Source: Takakia lepidozioides
Lineage: Eukaryota > Plantae > Bryophyta
Assembly (NCBI GenBank): GCA_030704615.1
Contig: CM060734.1
Span: 44,082,001-44,146,000 of the forward strand
Length of the DNA: 64,000 nucleotides
Direction: 5' to 3'
Every line of letters begins with the position of its first letter. Position 1 is the first letter of the stretch. Below, in pieces: positions 39,277-52,500 of the stretch. The translations under genes and the position numbers were made by a program. The notes beneath the pieces were generated by a model that was not told where the DNA came from, did not search any database, and saw only the letters and a list, made by a program, of their open reading frames with translations.

Positions 39277-39854
39277 GAGACTGCCTGCACTTCTCCGATC
39301 AAGAAAAGTATCCTGTTTGCGCTGCCATGGATGCTCTTCGTCAGACGGTCAATGGGTAGTAACAAATCTGCCTGCACTTCAAGAATTTACAAACATCTGC
39401 GATCAGATCTCTCTTTCCGAGAACAATCTGCTCTCTCTCCCCTCCATTCCTGGCTTCTCGGGTTTCTTGCTGATCTTTGACGTTCATGGACGGGTGTCGT
39501 CTCTGGCACTCTCCGTTGCTCTTCGTCGTCGGCTCGTTCTCTCCAGTTCTACGGTTCGTTAGGCGGTTGTCTGCTTGCGAATTGGTTAAAAGGACACACA
39601 GTTAAAGTAAGATAGTCTAGAATATTAGAACCCCACAGGCCTTTGCAGTCCTCTATCGTGATTCCTCTGAGGTAGTCTAGGCTGCACCATTTCAAGCTGC
39701 GATCCTCTCTCCGACTGTATTGGTTTCAGTCATTGAAGGGAGTCTGCATATCTGTGTAGGTAGCTCCAAGGGGATTGCCAGGAGGCAGGTAGTTTTGGAG
39801 CGAAGCAATCTGAAGAAGCTGGATTCCAATTTCCAATTTCTCTGAAGATTGTGC

Positions 39855-42800
39855 ATGGCACCATCTCGAGGTGCCGGAGCGGATATGGAAACCGACGCGG
39901 CATCATCATCGTCTTCGAATTCCCAAGTCAATCCGCCATGGAAGGACGAGTGTATCGCTGCTGCCACGCTGTGGTTTGCTGGTTTCAAGGATGCCTGCTG
40001 CCTTCATCGTGCTTTCTCTTTCTGCAGACGGTGAGTTTGTGTCTCTCAATTCTTAATGGATTGTGCAGTAAGTCTTCAGAAGCAGCAGCATTGAAGGCAT
40101 GTGTATGGTGGCATCTTGACGTTTGATGCGATGCGGAACCCTATATCTAAGGTGTCCAGCATGTCGAGGGTTAATTGAAGGCCTGAGTTCTGCTGGTAGA
40201 GAGCAGAATATTCTGTCTTGGTCCTGTCGGAGAAGATTATTGATTGGAGGTGAGATGCGCTAGTATGCAGAGGACTGCTTCGGGTCCCATGAAGAGGCCT
40301 TCCCTTAAAGAACTTGTGCTGAAGGAAGGGGGTTGTCTTTTGTGGTCAGATCTCGCACGGTGCTCCTCAAAACGGGGCAGTGTTTTCTGCTGAATGGTTG
40401 CATTTTTCTTGGCAGGTGCCAACTGTCCTTTCGCTTATTCTTCAATGTTGCTTTTGTTTCATCGTTGCTTTGAAACGGTTATTTGATATTGGTCCTCTTC
40501 CGAAGTTCAATCATAGCTGAATTGCTCACTTCTTCTTCAGCATGAAATGGGATATTGACTTTTTGGGGGGGCAGTATTCTGATCCTTCAGCGCGTGGTAG
40601 TGCCAACTTTGCGGTGGCTGTTAAATGCCCAGTTGCAGTCCCCCACTGAAATGAATGGTGTCGGAGTTGGTGAAGCGTTTTCTCATGTGCTGCAGACCCT
40701 CCTTGTGGGTCTCTGCTATGTAAGTCACCTTCTGCTGCAACTTGCTTCCAGAGGCACCTCTACTGAGGTGGGGAGTGAACCCATCTTCAATTCATGTCTT
40801 CTTATAATCGTATGAGTGGTGCTCCCCTCTGTTCTTCTCAGCATCCTGAGAAGATGTGTGGCCTACTAGTGATGCAAGTAATCACAGAAAATTTCGGAAG
40901 AATATTTCTCAAAAGAGTGGTATATTACCCTGCCAATTGACTACAATGAATGGGCAATCTGATGGGTGTGACAGGTGTTCTGGCTTTATCCTCTTTATAT
41001 TGTCAGCTTCGTAATCAACTGCATTTGGTAAGGGATGCCTCGTTTCCCATTCCTTGCCTGTGGATGCATGATCAATGTATGAATGATGGCCCTGGCAATT
41101 CCTACAAATATCTGGTGATTCGTTATTTGCAGACATTATGTACACGGCCCCTCACCCCAGGGTCCAGGCATAGTCTATGTTAGTCTTGTGAATGGGATCC
41201 CCAGTGACCTTCTGTGCCCTAAGCAAAATAGCAGCAGATAATTCTTGCCATGAGATTAGTCTTTGTCCTCAATGTCCGTGATTTAACAGTTAACTGAAAA
41301 TTATCCCTCATTTGTTGATTTTGGACACCAGAAGAGAAAAATGCATTTTGTATTCCGTTTGTGTCATACCAAAGTGCAAAAGCATCTTTGTTTGTGTTCC
41401 CTTCCGGTCTGAGAAGCTGTCATTGATTAATCCAGGGTAAGACACTTGACATGAACCTGTGTTGAATTACCATTGGGATTTTTCTTGCGTTGTTAGGTAT
41501 AATGAGATTGCACGACATGCATTTGAGGTACTGGACCAAGGTAGCACCACAGCACATGCTCGACCTGCAACTCCTGTCAAAGGGAAGGCACAAGGGGGCC
41601 CTCGCAGTAAGATCAGTACCCCTATTGAAAGGTGGGTTGTGGGGAGACACTTTGCTGCGTAGAGCCTCCAAGCCATTTATCTGTTCAATGTTTGGGTGTG
41701 GAATGAATGCTGTAATGCCCCTCTGGAAGGGCCTCTGGTACCACAACCAAAAGAAAGTTTCAATGAGATTCCAGAATCATAATCACAATTAATGCTCTGA
41801 TGGAATCAGTAGGCCCGAACTAACACTAGCCAAAGATGCAGTGTCTTCAGCAAGTATGAGAGATTGTGAGAGAGAGAAGGAAAGACATTTAGGAGAATGG
41901 GGGAGAGAGAGGAGTTTACTCATTAGACTGAGCTTGCTGTAGACATGAGAGAAAGAAGGAAAGACATTTAGGAGAATGAGGGAGAGAGAGGAGTTTACTC
42001 ATTAGACTGAGCTTGCTGTAGACATTTGTCCATAGTTGCCACACACGGTTTGGGTCAAGCAGGGTAGAGAGAGTGTACTGGTGTTGGAGGTTCATTTCTC
42101 TTGAAGGTCCAGCCTGGGATATAGTTCCATACTACAGGTTCATTTCTTCCAACTAAAGGGTACACATATTCATAGAGACAACATGCCCAAAGTGGTCGTG
42201 AGAGGGGGTATAACGGGAAGAGGGAGTGGGCGGGAGGGGATGAAGGGTGTAGACTTGTACCTTTCTGTGTGGGATAAGGTCAATGGACTGAGAACTTGCC
42301 GCTCATTTTTTTGGTGATGGTGTGCAGTATCGTACTGGGTATCGGGGAGCAGATATATTCTGTAATCATGGTTAGTGCCTTCTTTGTTGAGGTGAGTCCA
42401 TATCTTTCTATCACCTGGTTCTATCAATAAATAGCATTTCATGACTGAAGTTCTCGTCTGCTAATCAAGTGGTGTGAATACCAATTTAATACTCAAACTG
42501 ATAGGATATTGTGCAATTGTTGAAGCAACAGGCAATTACTTGCACCAGAGAGACTTACCACTGTTTCTGTACCTTGGAGTGCAGGTGTTTGCAGTAAGCT
42601 TCATCCCATATGTGGGACAGCTGCTTAACTTTGTTCTGCTGTCATGGTTGTATGCCTACTACTGCTTTGAGTAAGTCAACCATGCAAGGAGCTTTGTGGA
42701 GCTCTATGTGTGTGATTCTGGATATGCAGATGTACTCGTAGATCTGTCCTGTGAACAATACCAAGCCTCACTAGTTTATACAACAGCCCTGTTAATGTAG

Positions 42801-44017
42801 CCTCTCCCTCCCCCAAGAGGGGGCAGTACTTTCAAGGGGAAGTGGGGCTCTTATTTGTACTGGCTGCGGCTGGGATCTCCTGTCTCTCTCTGATGTAGCC
42901 CCCTTTTTATGTGTGGCAGCTACAAGTGGGGCTTTGCAAGGTGGAGCCTTGAAAGACGTCTTTTGTTTTTTGAAACAAATTGGGCTTTCTTTGCAGGCTT
43001 TGGTAAGCAGTTTCAACCTTAACGTTATGTTTTGCTATGAATCAATGGTTCTTATTGTGATGCATTAGCTACACTTTGTCGGCCAAGTTGCAGCCTCTTA
43101 TTTTAATGCTGCTCCATAGTATGCTGACCTCCTGTTAGTTGACAAGGGGGTTGCTGAGGCTGTTGGTGGGGGTGGGGTATTGTGCAGGCAGTCCATGTGT
43201 GCTCGCCACCTTCTTCTTCTCTCCCTTTGTCAGTGCAGGCGTCATGGCCATCCTCTTTCCTTTGGTGAGTTCTTCTGCTGTTGTTGTGATTGCTTGGGTT
43301 TGTCCCTTAGAAACACCGATTCTTTCTCCTCCCCTTCTCTGGCTGGGTAATCGCCCATGCCTGTGGAGGGGGTGGTTGGTATCACGTGGGGACCACCAGC
43401 AATTGAGGCCTTGGTCCATGAGGCCAAGCAAGGACAGTTCTGACAAGGCCACTCCCAATCTCTTGTAGTGTTCCTAATAGGAGTACCAGATTAACAAGTT
43501 GGTTGCAATTCGCAGTTTGTGCTGGTGGCCACTGCATCGAACCCTGAGAAGGTGGTCAGCACCTGCTTAGGAGGTGAAAAACGAAGTTACGGGTTGAGGC
43601 GCCTCCCAGTCTTCTACTTTGCAAACACTATAACGTGAGTGGAATCTCGATATTTTCTCACATGTTAGGCCTTGATAGAAAATGTGATTATAGAGTCGAT
43701 GCTCTGGGCATTTGGACGATGGGAGAGAGAAGCACTTTAGCCTGGTGACCACAGAAGCAAGAAGGTGGGGAGAGCAGTCAAATATGCTCCCCTCCATTCC
43801 CAAAAGGCTCTACAGGTTGGGTTGAGGGTGGTATGCATGCAATCCAGACATGTGTCTATGACTCTCTAACATTTAAGTCAAGGCAGAGTTCCACTCTTGT
43901 ATTCCCACCCTAACTGTTGGAAACATGTGCATTTGCAGGCTTCCACTGCTACGGCTATTGCAGCCGAGATTGTCATCTGGCCCCTCTGTTGTTCAGACCA
44001 GGAAAGCTTCCCAATGA
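39855..44017 (+). CDS. EI24: EI24 (etoposide-induced 2.4) homolog
   Basis: About 11 GT-AG exons, including GFKDACCLHR, KTGQCFLLNG, VFWLYPLY, YNEIARHAF, GEQIYS, LSWLYAYYCFE, YKW...FFETNWAFFAGFG, SPCVL...LFPL, RLPVF; stop 44015-44017. Confidence 0.9.
41868..42025 (+). repeat. Intronic tandem duplication (2 x ~79 bp)
   Basis: AGGAAAGACATTTAGGAGAATG...GCTTGCTGTAGACAT occurs twice. Confidence 0.9.
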
Positions 44018-45011
44018 TCTCAACCTTTCCAAAGGGTGCACTCCAGAAAACTTTACTAGAAGATAGATAGAAATATTCTTGGGAAGTAGCCATAGTGGGT
44101 GGGATCATTGTTGATGTACAGATCTTTTCAATTTTGGTGAGTTCTTTTGTAAAAATCAGAAGTTATTGACTGCAATGTAGGATGTGCAGAAGAGCTTTAA
44201 GTATTGAGTACGTTTGGTCAGACTGAGGCATGCTATGTGCAAGCATGACTATCGCATCACTTTTTGGCTAGAGTTCAACAAATGGTCGAATTTAAACTCT
44301 GTCACTAAAGCAAAAGCCCACCTGACAAGTTTCATCTGTTTAGGCCCACCATGTGCTCATTAGCTTGGAAGAGATGCATGTATCAAGTGGAAGTCTGTAT
44401 GGAACCCAGCAATAATCCCATGAGGGATATCACTATTGTTGAGAGCTTTTGGGATCCATTGAGCATTGTCTTGGGAGTTGTGTTCCCTCGCTGTGGTGAA
44501 GTGGTAAGATGGCAGGTGCAGCCCCCTTTTTCTTTTGATAGTTAGCGTGTTGTGAAAATGAGATTGGATATTTGGCCAACCCCCAACCACACTTGATCAA
44601 TGTGTAACCTGTTGCTGTGGAATGTACAACTAAACACTGGTAAGTAAGTTTTGGTTAGAAAGATATGATCAGTGTCTTCCTCTCCTCTTAATACAATCAT
44701 TGCAAACCTGACAATAAAGCTGGCAGTGTGTGTGCAAGACCACCTCGAGTGAAATGGTGACTATACAAACATCAAGGTCCCAGACCATGTCAGGCTGAAA
44801 GCCCAAGGCACCTGTGTGGTAAACCATGTCTGATGAGATGAGCCCTCTGGACAGAATCCCCGGCACAATTCAATTTTAAAAATATAAATGTACTATGCGT
44901 ATACAATATAATTTTGAATTTTGAATTTTGAAACTCTAGACAACCAGCTTATAGAGGGTTTGAAACTCTAGGCTCTTCGATATGCATTATGAGGGATAGA
45001 CCCTGGGAAAA

Positions 45012-47596
45012 TCATACCAAAGCAATCCTGCGTCTACTAATCTGCCAGAGTTCCCAAACAGTTTGGCACATCAGCTTGGCCTCTGATCTGCCAGATATGA
45101 ACCGCAGAATGGCCTCCGTCTCCACCTCTGTATATTCTTCTATGGTTGTGATGGAGTCGTAGGTTTTTGGGCCATCCTGAAGAGTAACATATTTTGGGCC
45201 CACTCCCACATCAACATCACTCTTCCGTGCAGTATTGTTAGTCCTCAACGGTACACTGAATCCAGCATAGTCATTGATGGCAACTGCCAGCGATCCAATT
45301 GCCCCAACAATTTGTCCAGAAAGATCCCCTAACTTGTCCTGGGTCAGTTGGAGGGATGTCAAGTCGATAACCACAGTGTCATCACCTCCTTGTCCCTGCA
45401 TGCATGGGAATGATCATATGACCAGAAATTTGCTTGTAGCCCATACAATGTCACCATTAAATTATCCACTTTGACACCGGACTGGATTGTAAACCCAGGG
45501 TGATACAGCACATTGTATGTCTGTCTCTTTCTGCACTTTATTTCTAGTAGAATGTCAATGCCAGCCCTAAGATCAATTATGTACAAACACTAGGCAATTC
45601 TGAACGAGCTCTGAATCCTTGTGGGTGCAAACCCAGTGATGGGCTCCAGGAGGGTATCTGCCTCGCAAACTTCGGTAGGAGTGGCGCTAAGCCCAAAATC
45701 AATCTCTAAAAAAAGGCTGCACTCCTGCTGAAGCAAGGGTAAAACGTGATGTCTTTTCATGGGGCTACTGCCTTCTGTTTAGACGGTGGCCACCTTCTAA
45801 TGGCCGTAACCGGAACTTTCCAAGGACTGAGACCCACACATTAGGTGACCAGTTGACCCATTGAACCCCCTTTTATGACTGGGTTGACTACAATGGGTAA
45901 CATCCAACATACACCTATGTGGCTCTGAACACAACCTCTAGTAAGGCAACCACTTCTTGTGCCCTGACCACAGGGCCAACCTTGGATGCTTCAATCTTTC
46001 AATCTCTATCTCTTCTCATTTGTCACAGAATAACCAAAGGGGCTGCATCGGAATTGCTGAGTTCAACACTAAGCTTTCCATACTATGGCAGTAGGTACTT
46101 CAGTTTCTTAAAGCTGGTGGCAGTACACCACATGCCAACTACACTGGAGGGTGGGCAGATCTCCAGGGGACTCTGCATTCACCTGATAAGCAAGGAGTGG
46201 GCCTTGTTTCTTGTGACCCTTGGCATTGGTGTTTCAAACACTGCAGCACTTCTATTTTGGAATAGTCACATCCTACTTCATAATCTCTCTGTGCACACAA
46301 TTGATAGTACATACACACCTGCTCAATGAATATGCAGGGGCAACCTGCTGCATCACAGTAGTTCCGAAAGGTATTGACCAAAGGGTACCGTCGACAGTTT
46401 GCCTGCTGCACCAAGTACCCCTTCTTCTTGGCCAAATCATAAGCCTGGCCAAATCAGAAAGAAATTACTCCTGTACACGTCTTTGAACACAACTTTCAGT
46501 GTGTAAACTATCTCACACATTACTCATCACACTTAGCTATTAGAATAATTTTGGTATAAAAACTTACTCTGGAAACAATCATTATGGACATATTCTACCG
46601 TGCACATTCTCCTAAGAAATAGACTGATGCCGCAAGGACAGGGAGTACTTTCAAGACGTAGATCGTAGAAATCCACAAGTTATCTTATTAACCTCGTAGC
46701 AAATCACAAGTAAACTCCTCAACACCTAGAAGCTCTCAAGCCATAACGTACCTTTCGCTCTTCGGCCGAAAGACGATGAGGGACAGCTCGGCTCCCAATT
46801 TTAGCTTTGCTAGATCTTCCCTGGGACAGGCGCTCGACGTCATCCAAGCTCGGCCTGCCTCCATGCAGCACGCAGCCTAGCAGATGTCAGCTTCCAGTGG
46901 CATCGCCCAAATGTGCCAAGATCAGGACTTCACATGTTTTTTTTCGTACGAATACATACTTCAGATGGGCATCTTCAATTCAATTTCAAAACACCATTAC
47001 GCACTTCCGCACCACTCATGAGGAGCAGTCACCGACCATGGAGTCTCAAACACAGATAATAGTATCCGGATTCAGACCAATCCGTTCATACAATGCGGCA
47101 ACGCGCACCACAGATCCGCCTGAAGACACATTTCCTTTCAATTAGACGAGTAGACCGGACTTTCTATTAGCTTTTCACAGATACGCGGAAGAACTATGTG
47201 GGGGGGTTTTCACGGAATTTCAGGAGGTGGATCACTGAGACATACACGAACCCGGTTCATGGAGTCAGTGAGGAGCTTTAGATGAATGCTCCCTCCTAAT
47301 CGTTGTGAGTCAAAACTCTTGAAAGCAGATAAGGAACGTATCGAGGATAGAAGCAGCTATTACCTCGGTGAATTGGCTGCTTGCACCGGCAATGCTCTCC
47401 TCTGCCATTCCAAGTGATAGCGACATCTCATAAAGCTGGATTTGAAACATATTCTGTGACTCCGGAAGAAGCTGCCCTGCACATTTATGCTGAGGGCTTC
47501 ACGTCCGCCAGAATTTGAAGTAAAGGATGAAAATGGAACCAAACTTCTCCGCAGACCGCCCCATTTTGCAGTATATGATGCCATTTGGAACGCCAT
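45012..47596 (-). CDS. Protein of unknown function, probably plastid-targeted (4 exons)
   Basis: Phase-consistent exons 47596-47364, 46854-46752, 46444-46319, 45395-45012 give an S/R-rich N-terminus followed by RPSLDDVERLSQG...GSRAVPHRLSAEERKAYDLAKKKGYL...PLVNTFRNYCDA...DTVVIDLTSL. Confidence 0.75.
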
Positions 47597-47871
47597 TACT
47601 GCGTAGGGGGGGAAAGAGAGAGTATGCAGAGCGTTGAGAGAAGAGGAAAACGAAGGGGTGGGTTATTGTGATGCATGCCAGATGCTAGGATTCTACTGGG
47701 ATTCCTCCTTTGCTTTCAAACTCTGATGGGAGAAGCAGACAACAGACAGAAAGGGATAGAAGAGGAGAGATCCAGAAATTCCGCTGATCAGCCAATGCCC
47801 ACAAGAGTTCTTAGTTATCATCAGAAGTAAAAAATGGATATATGTCAAACTATACGAATGCTTATCACGGT

Positions 47872-47876
47872 GCGGG

Positions 47877-47919
<43 letters not shown>

Positions 47920-47944
47920 GCGTGTTCGATCCACGCTCACCGCA
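47872..47944 (+). tRNA. trnF-GAA: tRNA-Phe(GAA), plant cytosolic type
   Basis: 73 nt GCGGGGATAGCTCAGTTGGGAGAGCGTCAGACTGAAGATCTGAAGGTCGCGTGTTCGATCCACGCTCACCGCA; T-run ~20 nt downstream. Confidence 0.98.
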
Positions 47945-49589
47945 TAGCCTCGGCTTACCATGTAATTTTAATTGCCTAATCTTTTTGATGGTCGGAATGA
48001 ACACCTTTTCTCTCTGCAAGTTGAGTCTGTGTACACACCTATACAGCATGAGAGTGGCCAGCACCAATTCACCCATTCAAGGTTCTGACTGAATTTGTGT
48101 AGCCTTACTGATTATGGTCCCCAAATGGAAACCCGTCTGACAAATTTTATGAATCTATCGGGGTTCATATGAATCAATTCAGTTCCCAAGGGCCATGTAC
48201 ATTACACAACCACAGCAGTAGTACTACATATAACATATATATACCACCTCTTGAAATGACCGAAGACTGTAGGGAATGCTATATTGAAGATAACTGTTAA
48301 AGTTGGATCTGTGGTGGTCTTTGTGAGGTCACGCAACGATTTGACATTGCCATTCGTACAAGTGAGAATACACAACAGCAATACACATCACAAAATAACT
48401 GCTAGTGTTGACGCTTTTTGTCATCTATGGCTAGAATTTGTCTCCCTCGAGATCAAGCCCTATTCAGGTGAAGGAGAAGATGGAGAAAGAGAGGCAACAT
48501 ACATGAGACTGCCACCAACAAACCAGTTCCTACATCAACTACATCTGCATCAAAGCAGGGCTGAGCCAGATCATCATCTTTTAAGACCACACGTGGATTG
48601 TCTTCGATTCTCATTCTCACAAACAATTCAGATGTGATTTGTGAAAGTCATATGGTACTACATTGTCAAGCTCGCTCCAAGCCAATACAAAGATGCATAC
48701 TAAGGCCTACTTGAAAACTAGATACTATGCAATCTATGCCTAGGGCATATCAATTACAAAGTTATATGCCCTAGACAATGTCATAACATAAATGGAGATG
48801 GCTTCCGGTGCTCAACCTACAACCCTTCTACTCACAAATCTCTCAATAACCCCCAGAGACAGGTGCATGCAAAAGCATGAGCACCATCCACCCACAAAAT
48901 AGGACAGGCCATGCTCAGTCGGCGAATGAAGTTCCAAGGAGCGAACCCATAGTCTGACCAACTTTGCTCCTTTACTCTTACGCAGAGCGTATGACAGAAT
49001 TATTGTACTAAATCTACCCATATTTTAAGCATGCCCAATGAAGCAACTCTCACTGCCAAGTAGGGCATCTACACACTAATTTGACATCCATGATGTATCC
49101 TAAAGAGCTCAGGAAACTCTCGGGCTAACAAGACCACAATCAACCTGACCTGGCACATCAAATGGCTTGTTATGGATGCTTGCATCTTCAGAGACAGCTC
49201 CTCATGCTTTATGTACGTTGGCTAAAAAGGCAATGTCGCAGCCCTTTGAGCACTGCCTCAGCTCACCCATGTTCGCTTCAAGATTGGACCACCTGCAGAG
49301 CTCTTTCCTTCAGAGAGACGAACTATAAGGGCTGTTTCAGCTTGGATGATGCCAGATATCCTTTAATGGATCATCCGTCTGAAAGAGAAAACCCCCTGTC
49401 GACCAGGTCGCACCGGCCCAGCTGAACCGCCTTACCTTTCTGAGCTTGACTGCAGGGTTGGGTGTACGCAGCTTTGGTCATGATATGATCGTAAGGTACT
49501 CCTGTCAACAGCATTCTCCTCCATCTTCATAATTGCACGGCTGCATTCCTCGGTGTAAACACTGGAAGTCTTGAAGTTGATTGCCTAAA

Positions 49590-52500
49590 TTATGTCAGGG
49601 CAAATGCCATGCGAGCTGCAAGGGTGGGGCCCACACCTTGCAAGTAGATGCGAAGCTGCTCCATCAGTGATTGCATGTGCCGGTGCGGTACCACGCCAGA
49701 CTCTTCCAAGCGCTTTCAAAGCAAAAAAACATAACATGACATAACGGTCAGCATTCAAATCATTCTAGAATTCAGAATTCACTTACAACTAGGAAATGCT
49801 GAACATGGTCAAAGTGTCCGTGAAGGGTGGGAGAGCCTATGATTCCAGGAAGATCATAAACTGATAAAGGGAAATTCATGGTCAACTTCTAATGCTCATA
49901 GCAAGCTGGACTTCGTGAGAATGCCTTCCATGTAATGTTTCCATGCTAAAGCAGCAGGTCTCTGTGATCAGATTGAAGATTTAGGCCTACTGTCATGAGG
50001 AAGAAACTTCCTTCCCGAGTTGGATATGTTGACCTTGAGACGAATCCAATGGCCTCACAGGCTGATAAAGACTACTCTGACTACAATGACTCTCCACTAC
50101 ATGACACAGACACATAATATCCATAAGGATCTCATCCATTCAGTTAAAACAGTCAGTTAACCGTCTAGGGCGGTCATTTGGGCACTTAAAAGCTTGTGAC
50201 GAGATCGAGTGGGCTGTGGGGTGGACTCGAATGGGCCTAGGCTTGCAAACGCTCAATTAAAAGACATACCTTGATTGGCTCAAAGGCTTGTTTTAAAAGT
50301 AGACGATCCTATTGTAGTGCAAATCAGATTTTGGAGTATAAGGAAATGACCAACCAATAGATAGATAGGGCGCACATGCCGATAATTGTCGGCGTGTATA
50401 GGTGCCGCTTTCCTCCAAGATGGAAGTACGGTTTTAAAGGATGCAGGCACTACAACACATATCCATTATTAAAGATGCTGAGTTCAACTACATATGGAAC
50501 CCGTCCCTTTGACATGGATTTCAGTTCGAGGAAAATGTTTCACCTCAAGGTAGGAACCTCAATAAATAGAAGATTCCGTTACTCCTTTAAGCAGCCCCCA
50601 AACGAAAGACACCTGAAATCAGGTTTGCATTTTACCGAGTCCTACCAAGTCCTTCCCACATCAAGTCCCAAACCCCACACTAAGAGAGACTTTCAGGAAT
50701 GAACGATGGAGTGAACATGCTATGTTGACGAAGTAAATGTAAGCAGAACTCAAGGCAAGAATACAAGGCAAAAACTCATATTGAACTTTATAAAGATACC
50801 TTGAATGACAGACATCTGTTGTTTAACAACAACAAGATGTGACTGAGCGACTCTGTGTCATCAACGCTGTAATCAACCATGCCTTGTCCATATGACTGAG
50901 GGGGAACCAACTCTCTGAGATCATGAGGTTCCCGGCCCTCGGCTCTCTCACACTCAGAATCGCGGGCTTCCATCAGGTCATTTGACATTCCTTCATCGTC
51001 AATTCCAATGAGAGACCCCTCACCAGTATCTGTGTCACTTTTTGATTCCAAGGGTACTTGATAGTCTGTGGCCTCTACTTTAAGGGCATCAGAGAGGCAT
51101 GAGTATTCAGAGCCATCGAGAAGTGGCCGTGCAATGTCATAGGGCACCCACCTGTGCTCCATACACATGAACACAGGAAAGAAATTGATTGAGATTGCTT
51201 AGGCTATTCCTCATGGTGAGCTGATTGTAGACTCTTGTAGCACCTTACAAATCTTCAAGGAACAGGTAACAGAAAGTCTTAGAAAAGGACTCCTTTTGAG
51301 CTGCAATATCCAAATGAAGAAAAGGAGATGGGTGCAGGGGAGAGAGATGTGGAGGATATGTAACACAGTACAGAGTGTGTGAAAAGCTTACGTGTATGTC
51401 ACAGGGCAGAGAAGATCTGAGGGCACATAGCCAGCCTTATACCGCATCTTGGTGCATGAATGTATGTAGAACCCGAGATAATAATACTTGAGAGATGGGC
51501 ACACATTGTTGGCCTCCGCAACCCACTTAATCTCCTTAAGAGCTGAGTATTTGCCAAGAGACAAAAAGGCTAGGTCTGGGTCCCAGAACAAGTACTTGCT
51601 GGAAAGGCAACGGGGCAGGACATCAACAACGCCAACAGCTACCAGCTTCCCATCAATACGGTATTGTTGGTGAAAGGAGCCAAACCCACATGGAGGTGTT
51701 GAGCCATCGTTTTCTGGTGGCACCCAAATCAGTGGTGTATCCACCAAGAATCGACAGTATGAACTTTCCTTCACATCTTCCGGCCGATCGTTGTGCACAA
51801 CTATCTGATCCATCAATTACACCCGTCACGAGAAGAGTTCTCTCACTCTTCCTCTCTCTCTCGTGCAGCAGACAACCTATGATTACATTCTTTCTCTCTG
51901 TGGACAAGAGCCTCTGTGAGCGCCTTAATGACAGTTGCGGGAAGACAAGTTTATACATTCAGCTGAGCTGCGGGGATAAGCTAAACTCTGGTGGGTGCGA
52001 ACCCCACAAAAGGCTCCCGAAGGGTTAGTTTCCCGCGGGGTCAAGGCTATGGCAAGTCAACATTCACAGGGAACGGCAAGAGTACATTCTTTCTCTCTTT
52101 TCTTGGCAGCTTACCTGCACGAGGCCTTCACCCTTAGACAATCACTAGAACATTAGTTCTTATTCTTGGGGTTTTGGTTTTGTTTCTCTCCCATGTTTTC
52201 TTCCATTTTGTCCCATAAGCTCTATGAGCTTTCCGCGGACGGTATAAAGCACCATTTCATATCATTTCTCTTTCTAGTTGCTTTTGAGCTGCCTGTGCAG
52301 GGCCCCTCTCTCTTTCTTGTTTCTTTCTTTCTCTGGTCCCATAAGCTCTTTGAGCTTTCTGCGGATGTTATAGTACCATTTCATTTATTTCTCTCCCTTT
52401 GTATCATGCTTTCTCTTGTCCCATAAGCTCTTGAGCTTCTTGTGGACGTTATAAAGTTCTATCTCTCTCTCTCTTTGATGTTAAGTGGTTTCTTATTGTT

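Noticed and set aside
52208-52456. CRISPR array
   Set aside because: Eukaryotic intron, degenerate repeats, low-complexity spacers of very different length, no cas genes.
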